NCBI RefSeq assembly: GCF_009914755.1
Contig: NC_060931.1
DNA: 64,000 nucleotides
Reading direction: 5' to 3' (one strand)
From: the human T2T-CHM13v2.0 reference genome, Homo sapiens
Part shown: positions 28,359-42,361 of the stretch, one piece after another
How positions within the stretch are numbered: position 1 is the stretch's first letter
Layout: every line of letters begins with the position of its first letter
Translations under genes and position numbers: made by a program
Notes under the pieces: model-generated
The model's database searches: none
What the model saw: only the letters and a program-made list of their open reading frames with translations
Told to the model about the DNA's origin: nothing

Positions 28359-30051
28359 CATATTTAATGTTTAAGAGCAGTCCATTATATAAATATTCCT
28401 AATTTTATATAAGTCAACTGAATGGAAATTATGTAGAACATTAAAGAGCTGAAAAGACACCATGGTAGGGAAAAGGGGAAAAAACCCTACAGGGCAATAA
28501 ATAATCAAACATCATGATAAATGACAAAATAACTGAAAATTGATCTAGATCTAGATTTTTTTTTTCTATTTTGGAGAATGAGTTGGTAGAAACTTCCTAT
28601 TTTGGTCAGGTCAGTTTGAATGACTCCTCAATGTTGATTACAAATGTCTAAATAACATTCCCATCTATGCTTACAATGTCAGCTTCCCTATTAACCTTCG
28701 AAAATGATTTGAAGAAAAAGCAATTCAATCATTTCTATTTTGTACCACCAAAAAAAAAAAAGAGAGTACTGCTTTGTAGTATGAAATAAGTTTCATCTTG
28801 GTTCTCAAATTCATTGTATTTTATTTAATATGAGAAAACATTAAAAGCAATAATTGTACCCTACTTTACTGTATAGCCTCAGCTACTTTATTAACACCAA
28901 AAGTAGATGTTACATTTTTAATTATTTACCAAAAAATTAAGTAGATGACAAATGTGTGTAATAGAGCTTTCTGTTTTTCTCAAACTGCAACTTTTATTGG
29001 GTAAATTTCCTGTGGATAATTTCTGCTCATTTAAGCTTATTTTTCTTTGATTTGCTACTCTGATTTGCTTAATGAACTGGGCATTTGCTGTGTTCATAAC
29101 TGTACAAATCATGCTTTAATCTTTACCGCTCTTCAATAGATCTCAAAATGCATCACTACTTCTAGCATTGGCCATCTATAATTCTAGTCCCATTTTTAAG
29201 GCTAGGTTCTTATATACCCAACATTTGTAATAAAACTGGAAGAGAACTCACGGGAGAAATGGAATTGGCACTGACCACTTTAACATTTCTTGGAGCAGTG
29301 AATCTATGTGAGAGACTGACAATGTACATTATGGCACTGTACCTGAGGGACTAATTTCTAATGATGTTCTTTTGAAAATAAATGCAAAAAAACTACATCT
29401 AAATTTGAGGGTCAACAGAAATTAAATTGAATTTCTTCTATCTCAGCACTTGAAACTCCCTGATGGGATTTAAGTGTCCACCATTATTGAGGGATAACTT
29501 CCAATTTATAAGCCAGACACTTTTGTCATTAAAAATATCTGAGCTATAAACAAGTATTGAGATATTGCATCTTAAATATGAATATTATTGTAGGAACATA
29601 ACACCAAGTATCACCCTTCTGATTATTATGGATGTTCTTCTCCATCCTACAATCCAAAATTAGCTTGGTCAGTACTAGATTCTCTATCCCCATAAACTCT
29701 TTCTCTCATGTATTATTCCATAACAGCCAATAAATCTAGATCTGAATTAAATCAATCATCCATCTTTGGTGCTATACTCCTCTCTGCTTTTATTTTGCAA
29801 AGAAATTGTGAATGGACAGAAATCAACTGAATCTGTGATTTTATTACTTCAGCAATGGCAGATTAGCCTAATTGAGAGTCACTCCTCTGGAAAGAACACT
29901 TGAAAATCTTGAAAAATTCCAAAAATTTTAACCACGTAAAAACATGTGATTGAAAATATTAAAGTAGTAAAAACTTGAAGAGTAAGAATCCTATAGAGAA
30001 GAAATGCCCGAAAAAGTGTGCACTATGTGCAATGCTTTTCCTCTAAAAATA

Positions 30052-30266
30052 TTAGGGCCTTAACCATAGCACCACAAGCATCTTGGATTTGATAATTCTT
30101 CGTTATGTAGGGCAGTCCTGTGCATTACAGAATGTTTAGCAGCATGGTGAGACTCTATCTTCTATACACAAGTAGTATATGACAGTTGTGGCAATAAAAA
30201 ATGTCTCCAGATATTGTCATATGTCCCTTGACAGGCAAAATTTTCCCCAGTTGAGAACCTCTGCTG
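30052..30266. mobile_element. MER20 hAT-Charlie MITE
   Basis: 'gataattcttcgttatgtagggcagtcctgtgcattacagaatgtttagcagcat...aaaaatgtctccagatattgtc...ccccagttgagaacctctg'. Confidence 0.85.
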
Positions 30267-30990
30267 TGGAGGCATTTGATGATTCAAAAGAAGCATCTGA
30301 AAAACTTGGCAGAACTTTTGTTTGGGCAGTTACTTTGGGCTAGAGCACAAACTTTGCTGTTCAGGACTTTCAAAATAAGCTGTCAGCTTAGAAGCCTAAA
30401 AGGTTACCACATAACAGTAAACGTTAGCCAGAAATAGAGAATGACTGAGTAAGACCCAATTTTGAGTCATTGCCATCCTTGATTGGATTAAAATAATCTA
30501 TCCCAGTCACAACTGCCTGAAAGAGGCAAAAGTTAATTCTTTTTGAAAGCAAATCATCTCTAAAAGAAGATAATATCATCCAGAGCCTCGAATATATCAA
30601 CAAGTTTTTATACACATTCAATTTTTCAAAAGGCATGAAAGAAGACAATAACCAACCAAGACAGAGTCTATCAAAATAAACTAAAGGAATTTATAGGCAT
30701 TGGCTTAACAGATACAGGCTTAAAATTATATGTATAAGAAATGAAGTTACAAAATAATTAAAAGACAGAACTGATAATGTCAAAAATTACAGAATGAAAT
30801 TTATGTTCTAGAGCTGTAATAAAATAAAAATAAATTAGGAATGTAATATATATTTAAAAGCAGATTAGACACTGTGGAAGAATGTGTTTTTGAACTAGAA
30901 ACTAGTTCAAACAAATACAAACTGAAGCACGGAGAGACAGAAAATGAGAAATCCAGAAAAGAGCAAATAACATACAATTATGGGATAAAA

Positions 30991-31037
30991 GCACAGGTAC
31001 CCTAAAACTTAGAGTATAATAAAAAAAAAAAAAAAAA
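30991..31037 (+). mobile_element. Extremely 5'-truncated L1 (L1HS-like) 3' stub with A17 tail and TSD 'aaaagc'
   Basis: 'gcacaggtaccctaaaacttagagtataat'+A17. 'cttagagtat' carries the L1HS-type G (older L1PA: 'cttaaagtat'). TSD at 30987-30992 and 31034-31039. Confidence 0.85.
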
Positions 31038-31631
31038 GCTTAATGCATGTGTAATTGGAAGACCAGAAACAGAAGAGAGATAATGAGGAAGAAGTGATAT
31101 TTGAAGATATGATTTAGAATTTTCTAAATATAATGAAAAGCAGCAACACATGAATTTAAGAAGTTTTATAAATTCTAATCCTCATTAGAATTTAATAGGA
31201 AATAAAGTATACATAGGCACATTATAGAATACTGATGAAAATCAAAAACAAAGGGTAAACTCAAAAGCAACTCGAGAAAAGAGGTATTAAAAATGGAGGA
31301 ATAAAACTGACTTCTCATTATAAACAATGGAGACTAGTAGACAATGGAATGATAATGCTTTGCCAAGTTCTAACTCTATACTCAGTGAAAATATCCTTCA
31401 AAAATAAAGCCAAAAATATTTTCAGATAATACAAAGTATATATTTTAGTTGCCATTAGCATATTTGCATTAAAGGCAATACTTAAAGGTGTTTGTTAGAC
31501 AGAGGAAAAGTGATCCTAGATGGAAGCTTGAAAGTTCAGGAGAGAACATAGAGCAACAGAAAGGAGAAATAGTTGACTAAATTTAGAGGAATATAATTAT
31601 ATACAGAATGATAACAATCAATCTTGTGGAG

Positions 31632-32024
31632 TATATCAGTCAGTTCAGGCTGCCATAACAAAATACCATAAAATGGGTGGCTTAAACAACAGAAATTTAT
31701 TTCTCACAATGTTGAAGGCTGGGAAGTCCAAGATCGAAGTGCTGGCAGATTCAGTTTCTGGTGAGGGCTCTCTTTGTGGGTCACAGATTGCCAGATTTTC
31801 ACTAAATTCTCACATGGCCTTTTCTTAGTGTATAAACATGGAGAACGTAATCTCACTTTCTTCCTCTTCTTATAAAGCTAATAACCTAATCATAGGGGTC
31901 CAAACCCCATAAACTAATCTAATCTGGATTATTGCCCAATTGCCCCATCTTCAAAAACCATTTCACTGAAGGTTATGTCTTCAACATATGAATTTCAGGG
32001 GATCCAAACATTCAGTCCATAACA
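31632..32024 (-). mobile_element. MLT1A-like solo LTR
   Basis: 'caggctgccataacaaaataccata...tggcttaaacaacagaaatttatttctcaca...cttcaacatatgaattt...cattcagtccataaca'. Confidence 0.88.
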
Positions 32025-33084
32025 TGGGCTTTAAAGCATATGTGAAATTAAATTACATGACAAGAATGTAAAAAAAAAAGGCAGAAGCAAAGTATAAATG
32101 CCATGGGTTATACCTTCTTTACATTATCCAGGAAATGCAAATGTATTAATTTATATGTCACATATGTTTCAATCTATAGACTAACCACTAACAAGTTAAA
32201 AGAGAAAGAAAATAAAATAGTTCATCAAAAAGATGGCAATGAAAGGCGAGAAAATGTAAATATATTTCATTTGCCCTATATACATGTGATAGGGCAAATT
32301 AAATATAAATAGTAAAATGATAGTTTCATTTTTAAACATGTCAGCACTCATAGTAAATATAAGCTGGCCATACCATTAATTTATTTAAAAATATTTATCA
32401 AGTGCTTGTTATGTAAGTTATTCTATAAGATGACTGCCTATTACAAATAGGTGTAAAAACCTCAGATACAACTATGCTACAGGCAATGCAATATATTTCT
32501 AATAATCCCCTGGGAAATCTTATTATGCACACAAACATATTTTTCTCTCCATTTCGGTCTAAATTATTCTTGACAGATTTACCAATAATATTTTAAATAA
32601 TACAAATGACAGAGTTGTCTTATATAATCTGATGAAATGCCACCATCTTCACCTCAAATTTTGTCTTTTTATTTCCTTTCCTGCCTCCTCCTCAAAATGT
32701 CCTGAAGACATTATTCTCTTTCAAATTCATCCACACGTGTTCTGCCTCTCAACTCTGCTCTGTCAACAAGATATTTCCATCATATTTCTTCTTCCTCCAC
32801 ATTTTTAAGTTATTAAATATATTTGTGTGGAAAGGTAAATACCAAAGTTCAAGACCCAGTTCAGACCAATTAAATCAAAATCTCTAGGGCTGGGGCTGAA
32901 GTGTTGGTATTTTTAAAGCTATCAGCTAAAAGGTGGCTTAAGGGAGCATTCTGTGATGTTGCAACTGTGTATTTTCAACTGGCTAAGGTTACATGGGTCA
33001 ATGCTTTTGTAAATATTCACCAAGCTGTATACTCAAGGGGGCTATGCACTTTATATAAGTTATAGCTTAATAAAACTTTTTTAA

Positions 33085-33485
<401 letters not shown>

Positions 33486-33699
33486 CTGCACAGCTATATT
33501 TAAGAGCTATTAAAGTAAAAGGGAAAAAGAAAGGTTGACAAAAAGATTTGGGTGGTGAATATAAACAAGAAGGAAAAAAATATATAAAATTCATAGAATA
33601 TGCTTTATCATATAGTATATAAATACTTGGGGAATTATTAAAATTAAATATGGATTTATGAAGAAAAAAGTGGTTAAGAAGAAATAAACATAGAATAGA

Positions 33700-34330
33700 A
33701 AACTAAGAATCAAAAATATAATTGATGTTCAATTATATCTTGGGTAGAGCTGACTGCTCTAGGATTAAGATGAGTTTAGTTTCCAATAAGTTTCAAGAAT
33801 CATAAAATTACACAAATAAACATGCCTTGAAGATATTTTGAGAGTTAAGAGTGCCATTTGAATGCCACTAGTTGAGTTTAAAGATACAGATTTGAACATT
33901 TTCAAGGTTTACTTGGATAATTTCTCCCAAATCATTGATAGAGCAATAAATTTCCAGATGTTTAAGATTAAACCTTGAGTACAATCATAATCAATACCTG
34001 AGAAAAAAAAGAGGATTAAATTGAAAAGAATACAAGCAATATATATAAAGACAAAAGAGTATCTGTAAACTTAGACTCATGAAACTAAAGATAAAAATAG
34101 TTTTAGAGGCAGAAAGTAACTGCTTGTATCAAAGGATGTTGAGAGATCCAAAGTAAAAAAATTAGAAAAGATCAATAAATTGTTCCAGAAGGATGTCACA
34201 TAAAAATAAGTAGTTCTGTAATCTGAAAATGGAAGAGATCAAATTGCAAAAGACTTTTAAGAGAATCATAAGAAAATGAATCAATTGTACATTAAGAAAA
34301 TTGTTACTTAGATGTTATGTGTTTTAGGAA
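33700..34330 (-). mobile_element. Highly diverged L2 fragment
   Basis: Purine-rich 'ctagttgagtttaaaga', 'ccagatgtttaagatt' and 'atcaaaggatgttgagagatccaaagtaa' resemble reversed L2 ORF2. Confidence 0.4.
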
Positions 34331-34966
34331 AGAAATAAAATTAATAAATATAGAAAATGATAATAACTGCAGAAAGAACTGAAGACCAACAGACTTGCAG
34401 AATGTTTAGAATTATATGTTAAACACATTTAACATCTAATATATAATATCACCCATAGTAATTGTTTAATATGTGTTAATGAATACTATGAATACTGGAC
34501 ATAATTAGAAAGACCTTGTACATATATTTCTATTATTGTGTGGGTATTTGTTTTGAGCAGGAAGGAAGATGAGAATCCTTCAACAAATAGCAATGTCAAG
34601 ATTGTATTATTATAGACACTTTTTTCAGGAAAATTTAAATTTAAGAGAGAACATTGGGCAAATTTGCTAATATTTTGCAAATAGAGCTTCACGTATTCTT
34701 ATAAGCTTTCATTAGTAAGACTCAACTGGTCTTTTTTCATAGTCCAATTTCTATTTCCTTATTTGTAGTCAATTCTATACATAGGATCATATTACTGAAG
34801 CTTTGATAAACTGCCTTTGAAACTACTAGTCATGAAAGAATTGTAAGACTCAGTAACATTCAAGCAAAGAAAATTTCTAAGGTGGCACTGGGTCAAAGTT
34901 AAAGACTTTTCAATCTGTTGAGTGTTGACAATTAACATATAAATAACCCCTCCATTTCAAAAGCTA

Positions 34967-35003
34967 CTGTGTGTGTGTGTGTGCGTATGTGTGTGTGTGT
35001 GTG
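34967..35003. repeat. (TG)n microsatellite
   Basis: Interrupted TG repeat. Confidence 0.95.
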
Positions 35004-35339
35004 TTCATTCCTCAGTTTGCCCTCAAGCATATATTCAAGTCAGTATGGAAATTTTTAAGAGTGTTCTTTGTCATTTCTTAACTGACACAGCTCATGCTAG
35101 CCTGGTTTATATTCTCAACTATGCATTGACACCAAAGACACTAAAGTGGAGTGATGCTAATTCCTGTTTTAAACAGTTAAATTCCAACTCAGTAGTGCAC
35201 AATGGCTAACAAAGAAGGTCTTTGAGTATTGACATTCTAGATGGACAAACAGATGCAAATTAAGTGATTTACCAAGTATCTCACAGAATATTAACAAAGC
35301 AATAGTTATTATCATCTTCTATTCTTTAAATCCCATTGA

Positions 35340-38300
35340 CTTCCACATGTCTTTATTAGTGTTCTTAAAACCCACAAAGGTATTTTTATATAGAACTTAA
35401 AAATACATAAAAGCATAAATAAGAACATCTGAAATTAATCTGATTCCCATTATTCAGATATCATTATAGCACTTACATTTTTTACATCTTTCTATGCATA
35501 TGAAATCACTTTTCTTATCACACTGAATGTGCTTCAAATGCTAATGTATTGACTGAATAATTTTATAGGTTATGATGGGCCAAAATATATCCAATTCCTT
35601 ATTTTACAATTTCCAAATTTTACTCCCATAAACGGCCTTGGAAAGAACTTCCATTTGCAAAAAAAAAAAAAAGAATGTAGTATCCTTAATTAATTTTAGT
35701 AAAATCTTCTAGAACTGGGATTATCAGGCTAGTGAATGAGAGTACTAGCAGTGGTCGTGGTACAAATCACTCTTCAGAAATGTCACGTTGTTTTTCTTTT
35801 CTACCGGAATACAGAAAGGCCCATTTCACTGTGCCTTTCTGTAATTGGAATGCTTTACTTAAAATAACATGTGCTTTAATTAGCAATAATACAAATATAC
35901 TAATATCTTAACATCTTTCATTAAGGAAAAATGTTTCCAATATGTATTGACTACCTGGTTTCTTCTTCTTTTTTTTTTTAATCTATTTTCAAAATAATTT
36001 TATTGTGGTAGAAAACTCATAACTTTAAATTTACCAACTTCTTTTGTGATTATCTGGACTGGACATGTCTACCAACAGGTAATATAGCAATCTTAATTTT
36101 CCAAGTTTGGTTGTTTTTTAAAAATTGGATGCTTATTTAATTTTATTATGATTATTTTTAATTGTTATGGATACATAAAAGGTGTATATATTTATGTTGT
36201 TATTTATCTGAATAGTGAGATTTAGGGAGACTATATCTGAAGATGCTAGAAAACATTGGTTTTAAAATGGTAACTCTAGTAGATAAGCAGCAGAATGAGC
36301 AATTTAATGGGAAAATAGAAATAAATTTTCAAGATATAAACATTTTTATTTTCATTTTACTTTTTAGTTTTTTATTTCAAATCAGCTAATGATGTTTTGA
36401 TATCTTGGGAATGTTAAAACTGTAATATCTGACTAAAAGAGATATATGTAAATATAAGACATGATTATCACATTTATTCATCTTTTATTGTTTCTAAATT
36501 TTGGGGGCTTACTTAGGCTTTCTAACTTCCACTTATGATAATAATGTTTTTTAGTACTTGCATGGTTTATTTTTAAACATTTATATCCTTGATTCATTTG
36601 GTGTTTCAGTGAAAGGATGACATATAGGTTCAGTTTTACCTTTCGAAATAAATGACTATCGGATGACTTTAAAACATTAATAATTTAAAAAAACCTACTT
36701 GCACTAGTGATTTAATTTATCATATACTATACTATACTTTCCTAGGTACTTGTGCCCATTTTATGCTTTCTTTTTGGTACCATTGATCTTTCTGATTATT
36801 CATATGTAAGGACCATATTGTTTTTATGAGAAGATTTTTATTTTATTTTACATTCTAGGAAGGCCAATTCTCCTTTGCCTGTGTTGCTGATCTTCATTTT
36901 TAGGGTTTCTTCATCTAGTCATGATTGTTATTTTTTTTCATTTGATTTTCATATGAACTTGTTTAAATTCAGCGAAAGTCTCTTATAATTTTCTAATACC
37001 ATATTACATTTATATTTTATCTTATGCGGTTGATACCTTTATGATGTTTGATTGTTTTGGCAAAATAATGGGACTTTGTCTTTTACTGAAGTATTTGAAA
37101 CTGTTTTTTCTATAGGTTTTACACATTTTATTTTAGGTATTATCTTTTTCTATTTTCTTAAAAAGGTATTTTTGTGATTATTGTTTGAATATGTGAAGGG
37201 ATTTGAATTTCTTATTTTTTATACATTAATACCTTATTGAAATGTTTGTATCAGTTTTTACTCTTTGTGGTAGTTTTATTAAAAATTTCTCTTAAATGTT
37301 CTGGACATGCTACTAAATGTTGCCCTCTTTTCTAATTCTTATTTTTCAAATTGATTTTTTATTTTCCTATTGCTTTGGATAATAACTATAATTCAAGGCT
37401 AAACATCAGTTTAGACAATAGGATAGAAAGATTATCTTGATTGTAGTGGATAGAGCTCTATTCTTTCTAATGTGTCAGATATTGGCTTTGCAATTGAAGT
37501 ACATAGATTTTTATCAAGCTTAGAAAGTCACAATATTTTATTTTATTAGTGCTTTATGTAACAAATGGTTACTTTACTTTTTGAAACTTTAAAAATGTAT
37601 ATAATTGTAATCACATTAATGGATATACTGTATTGATATGGTTTGGCTGTGTCCCCAACCAAATCTTATCTTGAATTATAGTTCCCGTAATCCCCACATG
37701 TCATGGGAGGGACCCAGTGAGGATGATTTATTCATGGGAGTGGTTACTCTCTATGATGTTCTTGTGATAGTGAATTCTCAGGAGATCTAACAGTTTTATA
37801 AGGAGAAAGCCTTTTTCCCCCTTTTGCTTGGCACTTCTCCTTGCTGCTGCCATGTGAAGAAGGACATGTTTGCTTCCTCTTCCACAATGATTGTAAGTTT
37901 TCTGAGGCCTCCCCAGTCATGCTGAACCGTGAGTCAATTAAACTACTTTCCTTTATAAATTACCCTGTCTTGGGTATGTCTTGATTACTAGCATGAGAAC
38001 TAACTAATACATGTATTGAATCTTCTTTGGATTTCTGGAATAAAGCCTGCCTAATCATGCTGTAGTTTTTAGTGTGCTTTTAAATATTTCTAATAATATT
38101 TTATTCATTAATAAGTAGGAATGGTCTGAACTTTTCTTATAAAATTTTGACCGGGTATGACAATATCTGCATTTATAAAAAGCATTTGAAGTTTTCCTTT
38201 CTAATCTCTGTAGCAATTTAGGTGGCATTAAAATGACCACTTTTTGAATGTTTATTAGAATTTTCCAGTAAAACTCTGCCTGGTTCTTTGTGGAAAGTAG
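35340..38300 (-). mobile_element. Ancient L1ME/L1M5 fragments, with short L1MA/MB 3' pieces at ~35975 and ~36135
   Basis: T-rich reversed L1 ORF2/3' blocks such as 'ctttttggtaccattgatctttctgattattcatatgtaaggaccatattgttt' and 'ttagaattttccagtaaaactctg'. Confidence 0.5.
37634..38011 (+). mobile_element. THE1C/D solo LTR with perfect 5-bp TSD
   Basis: TG...CA termini 'tgatatggtttggctgtgtcccc...actaataca'; TSD 'tgtat' at 37629-37633 and 38012-38016. Confidence 0.93.
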
Positions 38301-38309
38301 CTCATTGAA

Positions 38310-38310
<1 letters not shown>

Positions 38311-38381
<71 letters not shown>

Positions 38382-38426
38382 GTGTGTGTGTGTGTGTATA
38401 TATATATATTCCATTCATTGAATTCC

Positions 38427-38462
<36 letters not shown>
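38311..38462. repeat. Compound STR: (TA)10(TG)~24...(TG)n(TA)n plus (AGAT)9
   Basis: Directly visible; AGAT x9 at 38427-38462. Confidence 0.95.
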
Positions 38463-40519
38463 TTGATGTATTTTTGCTCATAGAAGCAGAAAAATAATGT
38501 ATTTTTGAAACGGAAGATTGTCATTCTAGCACTGACTCAGAAATCTACACTTTATTTTAAATATTCCTTTCTAAACTTGTTACCCTAGATAGCATTCACT
38601 CTATCAGGGAAAAAATAATCTGTTTTTTAAATTCATTTTTAGTGTGATTTTGAGTTATTCCCTTCACTGAATTCCTGATTATTTTCATAAATATAGGCAA
38701 ATATCACAATGTTTCTTTCCTCCTTAATGCTTCAAAGGCCTAAAGTTCACTTATGAACCTCAGGAACTAAGTCACAGTTCTCAGCTTCAGGTACATCCAC
38801 ATCCAAATCCAGCCTCAAGTACAGCACATGTTGAAGGTAATACATTTACCTTCTCTTGGTTTGATCTTTTTATTTCATGTATTTTTCTAGTTAGTATCTT
38901 GGCATTTAGCACATTCACTACAAAGGTGAAGGAGATACAGGGTTATAACAATTGGCATATAGCAAATTTTCAAAACTATTAGAGACATCTAAAGAAAGAA
39001 AAAAATGGAGCAGTCACTTATTGGAAGGAAAGTAGAAGAGTGTATCTGCTTATATGAATTCTATAGTAACATATGCCACAATAAACAACATTCAGCACAA
39101 TTAGATAATTCCATAAAAAGCTAAGCTAAATTTATTTTCCCGCTATCAAATCTCCATACTTCTCAGATGTGATCCATTATCCAGGAGATAATTAGAAGGC
39201 ATTTTTCATTCTTATACTCAGACATTAGGTGATGATGAATGGAAGTATTATTTTGTTGACAGCTTTTAGAACTTTAAAACAAAGAGTGAAAAACGGATAC
39301 TCAGATATTTTAAATGTCAGTTATTTTATTTTCTTCTGCTTCTGATATCTTAAAGAAGTGATAAATAATTCCCAATCTGGAAGCTGTTATTTATTTTTGT
39401 CTATTAATTAATTAAAAAAAAACTTGGTGATAGAATTACCACATTGGTGTTCATGTATTTGAATGTTGATATTTTAACTTAAAAAAAAACTTTTCATGTT
39501 AGAAACTTCCTTTCCTTCCGCACCTTCCCTGCAAAAAACCACAAATGTAATGTGCCCACGATTTTATAAGGCCCTGATATATTTATACAAAACAACCAAA
39601 AGTTTTCTATGCACTTTCCATTTGCTCAAGGCATACTTCTGATTGACACATACGACTTGTTCAAAGCAAAAATCCTTTGTGCTTTCTGAGTCAAAGTCAA
39701 AAAGGTATCTCGAAATCAGAGAAGGTGATTGTTTTCAAATTTATGAGTAATGCTTAATACCTTACTATATTATAAAATCCAACATTCATTTAAATAATTT
39801 GTATAGTATTAATTGTAATGTGGATACAGAGAAACTGGTCTGTTCCTTAATTCTTGATATAAGGGAAGGATATCATAAGCCTGTGCAGTTAAAATTGTTA
39901 TTTTCTACGAGGGTTTCCAAATTTCTTACTCATGATTCAAGAATCAGACTGCAGAACAAAAGTAGTGCTGTTTGAGGCCAAAATATTTTCTTCTTTCCCC
40001 TTCCTTGTTTTTTTTTTCTTGAAGTTTTCAATTAATTCAGGAAATATTTAATAATCATGTTATGCTTCGCTTGGAAGTATGATGTTTTTGTCTATATCAC
40101 TTGTGATGCATTCAAATTGTTGTGGATTTAATGACTATGAAATAGTAAATTCTGGTTTAATTTCATTTTACTGCTTAACAAGGTAGCGTATTACGAATAA
40201 TAAAATGCTTCCAGGTGCAGTGAGTTGAGCTCTCTTCATGTTTATTCTTACAAGCGTAAGTGAACACAAACATTAAGGAATAATTTTAAAATATATCAAG
40301 AGTGCTCAAAAACTTTATAAACTTTGAGTTATTCTTACAATAGAACTTTAGCTTAAGTAAGTAGAAACTCATATAATGATTTAAGTATTAGAATTTCCTA
40401 CAACAATATTTAGATTAAAATTGTTAATAAAATACATGTCCAGTAATAATGGATTGGCTAAGTTAATACTATCTGTCTGAATTTATATTTATATATTCAG
40501 TAAAGATCAGCTTAAGTAC

Positions 40520-40910
40520 CATTTCCATTTGAGAGTCTCAGCTTTAAATGTAAAAGCTTGACAAACTCAAACTAATGCCCCAACTAAATGTGTCACTCCA
40601 AACCTGATAACAAAGCCCCAGCCACATTGACATTGTTTATGTTCTTTGAACATGCCAAACTTATTAATACCTAGAGCCTTGGCACTCCAGTCACTATTAT
40701 ATTTTCTATTTCCTTATTTTTATTAATGTTATCACTACTTTGAAATGATTCATTTGATTTCTTTCTCTTAATTATCATCTCCTTCTACTGAAATATAAAC
40801 TATGAGCATTAGGGTATGGCTTACTTTCTTCAAAAAAAAAAAGCATAAGCACATTTCTTGGTATATTTTAGGCACTCAAAAATGTTTGATGAAATAACTA
40901 ATGAATAAGT
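40520..40910 (+). mobile_element. L2 3' region
   Basis: 'cagccacattgacattgtttatgttctttgaacatgccaaac...taggcactcaaaaatgtttgatgaaataactaatgaataa'. Confidence 0.7.
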
Positions 40911-42361
40911 AAATTAATACCAAGATATTTAGGGACCATTAAAGCACTTGTAGTAAGTTTCAGGAAAATGATGCATACTGAGCAAAGTGTAGTTATTATA
41001 TACTAGGCAGAGGGAGAATGAAAAATATATTAATCTGTTAAGAATGATAACCCAAAGAAGTATCAAAGATAATATCGTGTTCTCTATATCATTCCTTGTT
41101 TGCTAAATTATTCTGTAAAATGGCTAGTGTTACTTTTCTAATCAGAAAACTAAACACAGCATTTAAAGCTACCATAATATGATGGGAAAATTTGATTAAT
41201 TAGAAACATTTTTCTTTTTAAATCACTAATGCCTACATGACCCTTGAATATATTACTAGAGCACTTAAAAAATTAACAGAAAAATAACATTTACATAACA
41301 TAGAAACAAAGATGTGTACATTTTCTTAAAGGAAGTATCTCTTGATAAAAAATTATAAAGACGATCAAATGTTTGTAACCAATAAAAGATATTCAAAATA
41401 GGCTGCAGTCAATGCCCAAGAATGTCTATAAACAAAAAAGTTGATGATTTAAAAAACTATTTGTAAGACAGACTTATTATATCATTTTATAAATAAGAAA
41501 AAAATACAATGAAAAGACTAAAACATCTTTAAAAAGGATCTTCATTATAAAATATCAACCATCATCATAACTATTATGACATTATGCATCTAATATCCTT
41601 GTAAAATGAAATGGCAATTGAGTGTAATTTTCTTGACATGATTAGTTGTGAAATACCATAAGTGAATCACAGATCTAAAAATAAATCCCAATTATCTTTG
41701 CTTCTCCTCCAGAGTGCTAGCCACTTAAATATTTCTCATTTTTCAAATTTATATTGAAAATACTATTCTAATAAACATTAAAATTTCCCAAACAATTCTT
41801 GCCTAAAATTTACCAGTAGTATTTTTAATGACTTGTGTATATAAACAATGGGTTTCCTAAGTGTTATCACTACAAATTCATTTCAATTATGTTATTCAGC
41901 ACATCTAATATTACATAGACCATACAATTATGGGCTTATCAAATGATTAATCCGAGTGTAATTTTCAGAACAAAATAATGAGTACACTCTACTTCTGCTT
42001 AGAAATATAATTGCACTGTTACTGTGCTCAACTTAGTATCATTAGAGAGAATACACAATAAGCTAAATTAGTAATGACATTACTTTGCTGGCTGAATTTT
42101 TTCTTATAAAATTATTTGACACACGAGAGGAATTTATAACTTACATATTTAAATAATAATATTTAATCTTCTGAAAATGACTGGGTTATTTTTATACCAC
42201 TTTGACATAACTAAAGGCAAAAAAATGAGAAAAGTGATATTAATTTAATTATTTAATGTCATAAAGTGTCAAAGTCACTTTTCATAAAAAATAAAATCTC
42301 CAAAATTTTTAAGAAATTAAAGAAATGCATGGTTTCTAAGGCAGACATTAGTTATTCATAT

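Larger units (their letters stand above)
29845..32390 (+). mobile_element. Ancient L1ME-type 5' UTR/ORF1/inter-ORF region, interrupted by MER20, an L1 stub and MLT1A
   Basis: ORF1-like remnants 'cagattagacactgtggaagaa', 'tgtgtaattggaagaccagaa', 'tgacttctcattataaacaatggagactagtagacaatggaatga' and 'gaaaatatccttcaaaaataaag'. Confidence 0.7.
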
